DNA of 64,000 nucleotides from the human T2T-CHM13v2.0 reference genome, Homo sapiens: assembly GCF_009914755.1 (NCBI RefSeq), contig NC_060931.1. One strand, 5' to 3'. Of this stretch, positions 40,841 through 54,459 are shown piece after piece. The notes beneath the pieces were generated by a model. That model was not told the DNA's origin. It saw only the letters and a list, made by a program, of their open reading frames with translations, and did no database searches. A program made the position numbers and the translations under genes. How positions within the stretch are numbered: position 1 is the first letter of the stretch; each line of letters begins with the position of its first letter.

Positions 40841-41578
40841 TAAAATCATAGTTTTATAATTATTAGTAATTATAGTAGAATTTTGGCAGGATGGAAAGGA
40901 ATTCATATAATTGGAATAGAAGAACAAGGAAAGAAGAAGGACACTTTTCTCTTGCAAGAAAAAAAATTTTGAGCTGCTATAGTAATTGGTTAACACTAAT
41001 AAAATCTGTGGACAGCTATATTCTTCTGTATAGATTGATAATGGGTACAGAACCTTATAAAACCTATCCCAGGAAGAACAGAATTGCTGCCCAGTAGGAG
41101 CTTAATGCAATTGAGTTGGATTCTCAGGGTCCTGAAAGTCTGTGGGCTGTAAGCACCATCAGCTGCAGGGTCGCACTATGATTGTAGTGGGCAACTGGGA
41201 ATACACTCACCAACCCTGGGAGACTTCCTCAGAAAAAGGAGGGAAGGATCCTTGGACTGAGTAATGTTATCTTTTTGAAGCATTTCATCCAATTCTTATT
41301 AGGCTAAGATTCTGATAAGATCATTGGTCAGCTATAACCTATGGCTGTTAGATTTTAAAGAGGCAAGACTTTCACTATTTGGTCTTGGTTTTAGTTTTTT
41401 CCTCTCTATAAAGAGTTTACCTTGTTGTGTTTCTGTGGATACATAATGACTCAGATACATGCGCGACATGAGACAACTAGAGAAAATGGATGAGGCTAAT
41501 AATAATAAACAAATAAACCCAACAAAGAAATATGACTTGGTTCCATCCCTTTTCAAATATGTGCTCAGTGGCATTGTC

Positions 41579-41882
41579 TTTTTGTTTGTTTGTTTGTTTG
41601 TTTGAGACAGTGTCTCACTCTGTTGCCCAGGCTGGAGGACTATGGCACAATCACAGCTCATTGCAGCCTTGACCTCCTGGGCTCAAGTGATCCTCTCAGC
41701 TCAGCCTTCTGAGTACCTGGGACTACAGGTGTGTGCCACCATGTCCAGCTTAAAAAAAAAATTGTAGAGGTGGGGTCTTGCTATGTTGCCCAGGCTGTTG
41801 TTGAACTCCTGGGCTCAAGCAGTTCTCCCACCTCAGCTTCCCAAAGTGCTGGGATTATAGGCACAAGCCACTACACCCAGCC
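41579..41882 (-). mobile_element. AluJ with (TTTG)n tail
   Basis: J-type diagnostics (cctgggctcaag in both arms). Confidence 0.92.
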
Positions 41883-42094
41883 AACATTCTGATTTTAAAC
41901 AGGCAGCATAGCAGATAACAAAAGCAGGAAACATTTAGTTGTCAGAGCTTGTTCACCCCTTAAAATGTATACCAAAGGGTAAAATAAAATCCTATTCTGT
42001 ATTCTGGAGTAAGTAGCCACTGATGTCAGTGGAGCATCTACTTTGGAGCTCTGTAGATAAGTTTCCAGTGTAGTCACGGAATGGAAAACTCTGT

Positions 42095-42141
42095 GAGATG
42101 TGTGTATCTCAGATGGGGAGATGTGTGTATCTCAGATGGGG
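42095..42141. repeat. 23-nt perfect tandem duplication
   Basis: gagatgtgtgtatctcagatggg twice. Confidence 0.95.
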
Positions 42142-42380
42142 CTAGGTGATAGTATGTTGAGAAAATGATAAGGAAAGGAGATGGCAGTCTTCTATGGAAA
42201 TGAATTTGCATTCAAGTAGAAAGTGTGAACAACAGAAACAACACTGAGCTGGAATCCAAGGTAGTAGTCCTTACTTTTCCATTAGGCAAGTCTCTGAATT
42301 CCTGGGACCTTGGTTTCCTACCAAAAAATAAGTGGATTGGGCTGACACTGCATGGCTCTGACTTCCCATTCACCTCTGCG

Positions 42381-42668
42381 TACACTGTCCAGTATGGTTG
42401 CCTCTAGTCAGATAAGGCTAGTCTATATTGGGATATGTGTAGGAGAATAATGAATGCTGGACTCAAAGACTTAGTATGAACAAAAAGAACATAAAATATC
42501 TTCATAATATTATAATATTGATTACATGTCAAAATAATATTTTGGGTTTGGAGGGTAAATAAAATGTATTATTGTTAAAATTATTTTACCTCTTTTTTTC
42601 CCATGGTGCTACTAGAAAATTTTAGTTTACAATGTGGTTCATTTATATTTCTTTTTGGATAGTGTTGA
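42381..42668 (-). mobile_element. MER33-like hAT-Charlie element
   Basis: aaagacttagtatga...attgattacatg...gctactagaaaattt...ttggatagtgttg matches recalled MER33. Confidence 0.75.
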
Positions 42669-42969
42669 TCTGTAGGATTCCATGAAAAACAAATCTTCCT
42701 TTAATTTCTACCCCATTATTCAGTTGGTCTATTCATTTATTGTTTATTTTCTTATTTATATTCTACTCCTCGTTATTCCAAAATAATTTGTTTACATACA
42801 AAAGTACATATGCTACAACAATATAATTTATTAAAAAGTAAATTGAATAGGGAAAAGTTAGATTAAAAAGTAAGTAAAATTGTTACTTAAAATACAACAT
42901 CTTCAATAACATCTTCATAGTAAGTATAAGAGTGACCTTCCAGTGAAAGCCAAAAACACAATGTCAATA

Positions 42970-43135
42970 TGGTTAAAAGCCTGGGTTGAAATCCCAACTC
43001 TGCCACTTACTTCTTGGACAGGTTTCTTAACCTTTCTGTACCTCAGTTTTCTCATCTGTAAAATGGAGACATAGACACACACACACACACCCGCCCCTCA
43101 CATACTTCTTCATGTTATTAGGAGGATTAAGATGG
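42970..43135 (+). mobile_element. MIR with a short (CA)n
   Basis: cctgggttgaaatcccaactctgccacttac...cctcagttttctcatctgtaaaatgg. Confidence 0.75.
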
Positions 43136-44939
43136 TCACATTGAAGTACATTTCAAATCCTTAAATAAAAATGTCTATTGTTATCATTGTTTATTAAAGC
43201 AGGTTTGATGGGAAGGATACAAAATGACATTCTTCTTGCGTATTTTGCTGGCAGTCTTGTTCATCCAAGGATGACTTTTGTTATATCTTGAAGAATGAAT
43301 GGGCTATATGGATTATACTTCAGGCTGTACTTCATAGGCTATTTCTCTCAAAGAGGCTTTAGATAAATCATGGCATGACAGTGAGTTTGAAATTATATCC
43401 TATGACAAGTACCTGGAGGGTCCACTCTGCCCCTGTTGCTGAGTAAGAGCAAAACCCCTGCTTAAGAATCATCTGAGCTGGCTGGAAACACACCTTTTAG
43501 AAGAATTGATGGAGATGAGCACATGTGTGTGAGTAGAAAAACACCCCATCTCTGCCTAAGCCTGGCCCAGTGAATGTAGTCATTTTCATGGAGACCTTTG
43601 AATAATGTCAGCTTAGCCCTAGTAGATCGGACTTATTCCCCATAACTGTCTAGCCCATTTTTAGCTGCATTTATCAATTTAATATTCAGTTTTCTTTTTA
43701 AGTACAGTATTTCAAATGCCTGAAGCCTGACAAACTTACATTCTTAACAGGCAAACACTTTTCCATACTTAAAAAAGCTCTTGAAAATCTAATAAGTTAC
43801 TGTTTAACTGTAGTGACTCTAAACGTCCCAATATAGTTATCAAAGTGCTTAATATATTGTGTGTTTGTTAAAAACTCAAATTTAAAATGAGTTTAGATCA
43901 TTAAAATGAGTTTAACATTTTAAGGTAGAATCAGTGGACACATTTCTCTTTCAGATTTCTATTCATACAAATTTTCTTAAACACCTAAGCAATATATCTG
44001 TTATTCTTAAACTTAGCATTTAGATTTTGATAGTATGGATTTTATTTACGTGATCCTCTTCTATTTCATTTTAAACCCCTCCAGTATGGGGAAGACTCAT
44101 TAAGGGAATAGTTTCACCATCTCGAATGATTCAGAGTTGAACACTACAGTGACCATCTCAGATGAACTATTATTGATTAGATCAGAACTCAGGATCTGGG
44201 AGCAGGATATGTCTGAGTAGGGGGCGGGGGTTGGCCCTGAGCTTTAGATGGACATGTTTCTCACAGCTGTTATCCATTAGGGTCTCTAGATCCCATTTAG
44301 ATGAGGCTAGCTTTACAACCTCAAACTCCTTGGTGGATGTTAGAACCTTATAGAATTACTTCATTCGATTTAGGTAAATACAAGTCTGCAATCTTCCTCT
44401 GGTTGCAACTAATTTTCTTCAATTAACTTCTTTTACTCCTGGGCTTAAATTCTGTATTTCTTTTATACTTCATCTGTTCTGGCAGTTTCTGAACTCTTAA
44501 TGATATTTTGATGACATCCAGTTAGATGCTGAATACTTCACACACCTGTATTCAAAGTTAGAATGACAACAACAAAGATCACCTTGGAATGTTTAGCTGG
44601 CAATTTAATTTTGGGATGCCAGCCCCAGGATACACTGGATTCAAGATATATGTAAATGAGTTCATTACTTATAAGAGATATTACATAAACCATTTAAATG
44701 CCAGGAAACAGCTACCTCTGAAATGGTATCTTTGGATTATGAGGACGAATTTGAAGCCATTCTTTCTCCCAGTTCCTAGGAGTGACTTATGATTCTCTTT
44801 TTTCCAAAAATGATAGCAAGCCAGTAAATTATAGCTAAAAAAGAAGGTGAAGGGAATATAGACTATCTACCTATTTTGATCCACTGGAAAAATTATTTTC
44901 AGATTCATCAAGAGTTCATTTCTACCAATCTCGATTTTG

Positions 44940-45030
44940 GGGAGAAAGGAAGGTGAAAAGGAAAGAAAAGGAAGGAACGAGGAGGAGAAGAAGAAAGGGA
45001 GGGAGGAAGCAAATAAGAAAGGAAAGAAGG
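44940..45030. repeat. GA-rich polypurine low-complexity tract
   Basis: ~90 nt almost purely A/G. Confidence 0.8.
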
Positions 45031-46235
45031 ATTTTATGTTATTCCTAATGGATTTCTCCACAAAGTGAAATAGACTATAAGAGTGGTCAACATGGAATAA
45101 CTGCTGCCAAACCCTTTCTGCTTCTATTGTGGGCCCAAGAGTTCAATTTATTCAGAAGGAAATTGACATTTATTTTAGAAAGCATGTCTGCTAAGCTGAT
45201 AGGTCTGTAATTTTAAAGCAAAAATTTCGTTTTTTAAATGAATGTTCTCTAGGTCCGAGAAATGAAAGCATACCACTCACTGTTCAGTTCTTTAAGGATA
45301 CTAGCAAGTACCCAGGGGTTACATCAGTTCATGGGGTTTTAAAATCACAGATACTCACAGAGGAATGAGAGATACAGGATACAACTTCAGCAGGGGCACA
45401 GCCAAGCCTCATGGGAAACTGAAAAATATTCTTCAAAATATCCCTGAATCTGGTGATTTGCCACTGTAGAGACGTAGGTGTCTTCTCGGAAGTGGCCTCT
45501 CATTGCCTTCTGCCTGGCTCTTCCTCCTTCCTGTCTATTACTTGGTGTGCAAAGCTAGGGAAAGGAAGCCTCTGGGTATCACCAGAGGCCCAGCTTCTGT
45601 GATCTCCTTCACCGCACATGTAAGAACCACATGGCCTCAAGACCCTCCTCAGTGCTGGATGCACAGGTCCATGTGGAATTATTAGTCTTGAATATTTTTC
45701 TGACAGTGAAAATGTTGTGAGAGAGTTTAATTAGATGTGACCTTCAGATTTTTTTCTTTTCAAATGTTGCTTGGACAGGATTTGGACTACCAAAAGTCCT
45801 TTTCAACTAAAGCAATGGAATGACCACAAGTAGAAAACAATTCTTATTTTGTCCCTATTTGCTTTTAAAGGTAATAGTGATTGTTCTAAAAGCATTGTTA
45901 CAAAGGCTGTTCACTGGGAGTAGGACAAGATTGTCATGCTGTCATTAATCATGGCCTATTTATAAACTTTAAAACAATATCCATATATTTAAGCACTACT
46001 ATATTTTATTGAAAATTGTGGATGAACTCATTTAAAAATTCCCTTGATTCAGAAATCTATAACCAGAGGAGATAATGATCATCCGGTCCAGTTTTTCCTC
46101 AGAGATACCCAATTATAAGAGTATGGGACTGCAGAGAAAATATTTATATGTTTCTACACAGCTAGAGCTTTCTAGGCATTTTTACTAGAATGTGGAACCT
46201 AAGCTAAAAAACAAGCCTCAGAAAATAAATTATGA

Positions 46236-46880
<645 letters not shown>

Positions 46881-48173
46881 CATGCTGATCTCAATATTTT
46901 ATCAGAACCTCACTGACTTCTTCATTCTCTTCAGTTATCAGCCTTATAATCCCTTTACATTTGTATCTTGCTTTACAGTTTACAAGATGCTTTTACATTT
47001 ATGTCCCAGTCGATCCTCACAATAATATTTGCAAATAAATGGGAATTGTTAGGTGTTATACTATTTATATAAACTGGAAATATATTTCAAAATATATTTG
47101 AAATGAGATGTAAGAAGACTGAAATTCAGTATACATGTGGTGGGACAGAAGTTGTCTGGCTGTGGTGTCCAGGCACTTTTAATTGAAAGGGAATCTCTGT
47201 GTTATCGTGGTATCAGCAGCTATCAAATAATAGGCATTCCATCAAACGGCAAGGGTGACCTCTTCCAAGATGCACATAAACTGCTGCCTGTTCCTACTTT
47301 GGTTTCTGATAGTTATTTTTTCTCTTAACCAAAAGATAATTACAGATATGAAAGAACCTACATTAAGACAAAAAAATCTGTTTTCAAACTGCGTTCTTCA
47401 AATGCCTTTGAATCCTTTAAATGTTAAACAATAAACATAGACCATTGACAATTTGTAAGCACTTTCACATATCTCATTTAATTCTTAACAAACACATATG
47501 AGATACATAAAAATATCCACTTTTTACAGATGGAGAACTAAAAGCCGAGAGAAGGCCTGAGACCATGTACTTAGGAGGTGGTAAACCCTGGCCCTCCAAG
47601 TGGGAGATGAGGACTTCAGATCTCCTACGCCTCCTGTGAAAAGGCACTAAGATTCTGGTGAAAAACCAATAAACTACGTGTTCCACCTAAAGTATTTTGA
47701 ACCCTGAAATTTCAAAATTATTTAAATATATCATTTTCTTAAGTCTCAGACCCTTCGGAACACAAGTCCAGAGGAAGACAGGAAAGAATGCTGCTTATGA
47801 GCTAATGTCCCTAGCTGTGAGGCATGTCACCCAGATAAAGGGAATGCAGTGATGATTAACCTAATAGCAGTTCCTAAAAGACTGTGCCCCTCCCTGATTA
47901 TAATTCATCTACGTACACTTATTAGGCACATTTTATAAAAATTCACCATGGCAATAGCAATACGAAAATGTTGATCATTGTCACAGAATCCATTTAGAGG
48001 CAAAAAGATAACTATTAAGATTAGTGTTGTAGTCAAAAGTGCAAACTTTTTACTCTGTTGAATAGAACAGTTTCTCAAATTGTTACTTCAAACTATATTC
48101 AGAGTCCTTGGGTTCAGTAGGTCTTTTATCCGCCCTTTCTTTATCTAACACACCCATTCTTTTCACAAAACAG

Positions 48174-48486
48174 GATCTTCAGAGGCAGACTGGAAAACTG
48201 GACACCCAAGCCATGTTCAACAGCTCAGACCTCCACTCGTTCCCCTTGCATGCCTTTCTCATGGTTTAATGACAGCCGGAAAGGATCCTATTCCTTCAGG
48301 AACCTGCCTGCGCCTACAAGTTCCCTTCAGCCTTCTCCTGAGACTCTAATTTCAGATAAAAAGGGGTCCAAGGTAGAAAACACATGGATTACAAAAGCAA
48401 ACAAGAGAAACCCAAATCCCTCCTCTTCTTCAATCTTTGGAAGGCATTCTCAACTTATGTCTGTAGTCTGGATCCAAGAAACCAAT
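48174..48486 (+). CDS. PPP1R9A: Alternative exon I (IFRGRLENW...PFSWFNDSRKGS...); two in-frame donors, after 48372 and after 48486
   Basis: cacaaaacag|G ATC; 199 or 313 nt, both phase 2-0; AAG|gtagaa and AAT|gtaata; ORF 48250..48504. Confidence 0.85.
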
Positions 48487-50361
48487 GTAATAACACTGCA
48501 ATAAACAATGCATGGTATTTCTTATGTGGGGAAAAGAAAGCCTCATTTAACTACCACCTTCTTTAATGCTGTTTCATTGTAGATTGTACATTACTCTTTG
48601 ATTTGCCTATCTTTTCACATATTGCTATTTAATCTCAGTTTGACAGTTAAGCCATGCTGGGAAAGATGCATTTGAATCATAGAACAGAATGATAGATCTG
48701 TTTACCCAGTATTCTACTTTAAATTACATTACTAAACTATTTCACTGTGCTTCTCAAGATTTACTGAAAAGCAAATAAATTTGGGACTGAATACGAGTTC
48801 AGTACATCTAAGTGAAACTCTTTAAAACAAACCAATGATGACATAGCATCCTTATTTATTTCTTCTTTTAATGTCAAACTTCTGTGTTGAACAACTGCTG
48901 TATAATTCTATCACCAAAGTTCTTCAACAGAATTAGGAAATATATGCATGGGTGTTACTTGTTTTTAAATGCATGATGGTTATTTCCAGCATGACACTGC
49001 AAACCTTATCTAACATTTTATTGAAACACATATGGTGGCTAACTTTCACACGTTGTTTGGTCTCCTTTTATCTGTGTTCGCTTTTCTTTCTCAAACAGAA
49101 ACGTGATTAATGTTACTTGAATTTAATTCTTTTCAGTTTCAATTTAAATCTTTTCAACAGCTCAAAGGGTTTTGACTGGGGTACCAAATGGTAATGTTCA
49201 TGTTAAATGTCCTGCTGCTTAAATGTTCTGCTGGCCTAGCTCCATGTGCTCTAACCTAGACTTCTTTTCTGAAGTTTTAGCAAACTTTGGAGTTTGTTCG
49301 GTACTGAATTCTCCAGCCTCTGGCATGGTATTTATTTTTGATAACCAACTAAACCCAGTATAAGGGAACCTAGTGGAAATCTAACAGTCCAATTCCTAAG
49401 GAAATGCAATAGAAACAAGATGGTGTTGGTCAAGTGCTTAGAGTTCCTGGAAATCCATCCATTTTAGAATTACTAGCAAAAGAAGTTTTGATAGCAGCAC
49501 ATCACTTTGGTCTTGAAACATTTTCAGTATTGGATCTGAGGCATCTAAATGCAATTCGAAGAATTCTGCCATTATCTTGCACTGTAGAGACTCCAGATTT
49601 GGTTAAAAATGTTTTTACAAGTGCAGCTACGTAGTCATTGTTGTTTGATTTTCATATCCACTGAATATTTTAATGAAGTTCTGGGGAAGTTTTATTTACA
49701 CGCTCCCACCTCCCCCACCCCCAGGTGATTATTTGGAAACCTGTGTCTGTGCTGTGTGGCAGCCTCTCTGATGCTCTGCGGGTGCAGTGAGAGAGTTGTA
49801 TTTCAGCATGTAACTACTAGTGTATTGTCAGGCTGTGACCTCCCCCAGAACTCATCATCTTGAAGGGTACATCCAGGAGAGGATCTGCCATTTCTCATAG
49901 TATTTATCACAGCCAACAATAAGCGATCCTTCCCAGGAGGTGCTCTAGCTACCTTTCTAATATGAATTGCCATCTGTTCCTAATAACTCAGCCTCTCCAC
50001 ACCATCTTGTATTTTTACTTACACTGTTACTCATCACGATTAGGGTCAAAGAAGATAGGCTTATTAATATTATTCCTCTGAGCAGTTGCAGAGGATAATG
50101 AATTCTGTACCCTTGAAGAGCAATTGAAGAATTGTCTCTCTAAAACATCTATCCTTTCATCACATGGAGAAAGCACCCAGAATTCCCTCAACCAGACAAG
50201 GTGCAGCATTCTCAACCGCTGCCCCATTGAAGGTCATCACCAAATCATACATGAATTTCTGCTAAGATTGTTTAAAAGAGCCCTTTTAGAGCTTGTAGAC
50301 ACACCTACCTCTTGCTCACTCACTGCACTCATTTAACACTGAGCTTCATTTATTTTTACAG

Positions 50362-50481
50362 AATTTTACCTTCAATGATGACTTCAGTCCCAGCAGTACC
50401 AGTTCAGCAGACCTCAGCGGCTTAGGAGCAGAACCTAAAACACCAGGGCTCTCTCAGTCCTTAGCACTGTCATCAGATGAG
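50362..50481 (+). CDS. PPP1R9A: Neurabin-1 coding exon J ([40 protein letters not shown])
   Basis: tatttttacag|AAT; 120 nt, phase 0-0; GAG|gtaatt. Confidence 0.94.
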
Positions 50482-51265
50482 GTAATTCCATGGCACTATG
50501 ACAGAGCTGCTTTGTCAAATCTGACGTTTTACCCATGAACCATCACCAGGAAAATGTTTTTAGGGTAGATATTGCATAGAAATCATCAGGACTGTGGTTT
50601 ATGTTTAATTTGAAGTCTTCATGATTTCTCTCCCTCCCTTTCTCAACAGAAAAGCAAAGTCTTGTTCTTAAGCTTTCCAGGGGCCCCTTTTACACGTATA
50701 TGTAAACACACATGATGGGGAGGCTGGGCAGTGCAGAGTTAAACATGGGGGAACAGCTCAGAAATCACATAGAAGTTTCCTAATTACTCCTTTCTTTTTT
50801 TCCTTGCCTCCCCTGACAACCACACTCACTCCAAGATTCTGATACTGCCTCTGATTAGGGTGAGGTCTCTGATTGAGAATCAATAGTTTTGATAAAGAGG
50901 GAAAATAGCATGAGAACCATTTATTTAAAAACAAGGGTCAAAATTAGTATTGCTACAAATTATCAGGAGATAAATGTGTACAAGAGAGTCAGGAAATGAG
51001 GTTAGTGATTTAGTTCCTTGAAAAATGGAGGGAGGACAGAAGGCACCATAAATAAAGATATTTTTGCTCTAAATATTTGTTCTTACTATTTCTTTCTAAC
51101 ATGATTTTTTATTCACAAAACTTTTTTTTTTCTTGTAAGCTTTTCTGCCCGTATTCTTCAAGCTTGGTGCAATTTTAATTTTATTAAAATTATGTACTAT
51201 ATATGTTGTGTCTCCTGTTTCTGTAACACTTTTCTTCTTGATTCTTTTATTGCTCCCTCACTCAG

Positions 51266-51289
51266 AGCCTGGATATGATAGATGACGAG
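51266..51289 (+). CDS. PPP1R9A: 24-nt microexon K (SLDMIDDE)
   Basis: Long pyrimidine tract, ctcactcag|AGC...GAG|gtgagc; symmetric phase 0; peptide present in recalled canonical neurabin-1. Confidence 0.9.
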
Positions 51290-51775
51290 GTGAGCTATCA
51301 GTGGGCTGTGTGTGGTGGCTTGTGTGCTATTGTTTGAATGTGTTTTTTCGCTCTTTGGAGATGACTGAAAAATCAGACAATACAAGAATATCTTCCTCTG
51401 TAGTGAAGGGTTTCCTTGTGTTAAATAGCTTTACTCTCTGCCTTTGTCATATCTTAGTTTAAAAGATGTTCCTAACTTAAGAGGATCTCCGCATTGCACC
51501 TCCAGAGTTCCTCGATTTCTCTTCCATCACCATTACATTGACATGGTCCATTCTTCTTCCTCTCCTTTGCCTTCATCTCAGCTTACCCTATCCCTTCTTC
51601 TGTGTTCCCTGTGTGGGTCACCAAGGTGACTCCTGTCTTTCCTTCAAGACCTATCATCACCTTCATCTCCTCTCAGCTTAGTGGGTCTAGGAACCAACCT
51701 GTCCCTTTGCACTATTAAAAGGAATATTCTGCAGTGGACAGAGCCAGAAATTTAGAATAAACTCCTAACTATTGA

Positions 51776-52216
<441 letters not shown>

Positions 52217-52691
52217 TGAAATAATGGTTGTGAAACTTCCCCTAAGAAGGCTTGAGAGCTTAATGCTCTCCTCTTGCAAGTGAAAGATACCTCAGTATTT
52301 GTTAATATATTTTTACAAAATTCCAATGTCTTATTAGAGGATAAGTGATGCATTGCATATAGAAATTTATGAAATATTTATTTTCTACATCTTATAATCT
52401 GTCCAGACTGTTTTGATGTAAAAGCTTGCAACATTAATATATTTTCTTCAATATTAAACTTCCTACATTAATAATGGTGCTTTTTTATTATGGGGAATTT
52501 CTAAACTTCTAAAAACATAAAAACATATAGGTAATAAGTATTTTTTCTAACACCACTAGAACCATTAGCTTATCATATTTTGGTTTAAACATAAATGTGG
52601 CTCTCATAGGTTAAGAAATTCCTTTTGATAGCATAATATGAGCCATAGTATCTTGGTCCTTTAACAACACTACGTAACATTCCTATCTTAG

Positions 52692-52874
52692 ATCCTTGAT
52701 GATGGACAGTCTCCCAAACACAGTCAGTGTCAGAATCGGGCCGTTCAGGAATGGAGTGTGCAGCAGGTTTCTCACTGGTTAATGAGCCTAAATCTGGAGC
52801 AGTATGTATCTGAATTCAGTGCCCAAAACATCACTGGAGAACAGCTCCTGCAGTTGGATGGAAATAAACTTAAG
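52692..52874 (+). CDS. PPP1R9A: Neurabin-1 exon L, SAM domain N-part (ILDDGQSPK...EWSVQQVSHWLMSLNLEQY...LLQLDGNKLK)
   Basis: tatcttag|ATC; 183 nt, phase 0-0; AAG|gtaaag; SAM signature W-S-x-x-x-V-x-x-W-L. Confidence 0.96.
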
Positions 52875-54246
52875 GTAAAGAATTATATGTCTGTCTTAGG
52901 TTACCAGGTATAATTTGTATTACTCATATCACCTAAAATGTTTTCATTAGGTAAGAGCATTCTGCATATCTGAGAGGTAATTCTCATCAATATTCAGCAG
53001 AAAGGATGTTGAATTCTTTCTGAGTAGTAAATGAAGTCTCAGAAAGTCCATCAGGGGTTCCAAATCAAATGGTAGGCTGCTGATTAGGAGAGTGAGGGAC
53101 CCACTCCATTGCTTCCACCTGGCAACACATGGTCCATATATTAACTCTCCTTACATCTGATGTAGTATGAGTTTTAATAATGGCCACTGTGGACTTTTTC
53201 ATCACATTAGAATTAAGACCCAGATCCACGAGTCTTCTTTTCCTTGTTCATTTCTCCTTCACCTCCACTCTTCCTTACACACCACTCCCAAACTGGGATG
53301 ATGTTCTCCCCAGAAGTTTTTTCCCCAAATATGTACACACATCTTCCCTCCCCTCCATGGCACTTTCATTTCCACTTGTCCAGTCCATCTCTCTTAGAGA
53401 CCAAGGTGGCATCCATCCCTTTGGGAAAGGGAAAAAGGTGCTTACAGCCAACTCCATGTACCCCCAAGCCCCACCCCCGCCTCAGCCCCCTGCTGGGCTG
53501 ACGGGCAGACGAGTATCTCTTGACAATCTTGAAAAGGTTAGAGATCAATCAATAGCTTGTGAATATGAAGGCCTCATTGACAAGGCTGTCCCTGTTGGGG
53601 AGATAGATAGATGCATCCTGCTGTTGATTCTGAAGGTCACGAAACATTTAAAGTACATAAGCAACTCCCCTTATTCTGAATTCTAAGTTCATCGAGCAAC
53701 CTCCTCATTATAATCAACTTCCTTTATAGGTCTGCCTACAGGGAAAGAATGGCTAGTCATGCTGACACGAGCATTCTGGCCCCAAAGACATTTTTGGTTC
53801 TCATTGTAATGAAAACATTGGCAGAAAGGAAGCCATTTCAATTCTTCTTGCCCTTCTTGGAGCCCTCTGTGACAGCAGGTGCTCACTCCTATGCTTTGAA
53901 AATATTGATGAGTTTAGCAATACCTTTACCCGTAAATGCCTACAGCCCAAAGGTTGGAGAAGTAGAATTGTGCCCTTTTTCCATTCATTCACCCATTAAT
54001 TACTCATTTGGAAAGCATTTAATTAATGAGCTTTAGGGTATACTTTGCAAGGGACTTCAAAGAACAAAAGAAAAAATAAAGGGTAGCCCCCAGTGTGTTG
54101 GTTTTTAGCAAATGTAACTAGTTCTTCCTCTGTTCTTACCTCTTCAATGTTTGAATTAGTTTACGAACTTGGATATATGGTATGTTAACACCATCAGAGG
54201 GCTCATTGGTTTTCAAATTCAGTTTGTGTGTGTGTTTCTTTCTTAG

Positions 54247-54459
54247 GCTCTTGGAATGACAGCATCCCAGGACCGAGCAGTGGTCAAAAAGAAACTCAAG
54301 GAAATGAAGATGTCTCTAGAGAAGGCTCGGAAGGCCCAAGAGAAAATGGAAAAACAAAGAGAAAAGCTAAGGAGAAAGGAGCAAGAGCAAATGCAGAGGA
54401 AGTCCAAAAAGACAGAAAAGATGACGTCAACTACAGCCGAGGGTGCTGGTGAGCAGTAA
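54247..54459 (+). CDS. PPP1R9A: Neurabin-1 terminal coding exon M (ALGMTASQDRAVVKKKLKEMK...EGAGEQ*)
   Basis: tctttcttag|GCT; 71 codons ending TAA at 54457-54459; ORF 54256..54459. Confidence 0.96.
   Translation, partial: ALGMTASQDRAVVKKKLKEMKMSLEKARKAQEKMEKQREKLRRKEQEQMQRKSKKTEKMTSTTAEGAGEQ

Noticed and set aside
53180-53686. 168-aa ATG ORF in the last PPP1R9A intron
   Set aside because: Low-complexity S/P/L composition from pyrimidine-rich DNA and no recognisable domain; Ribo-seq evidence would be needed.
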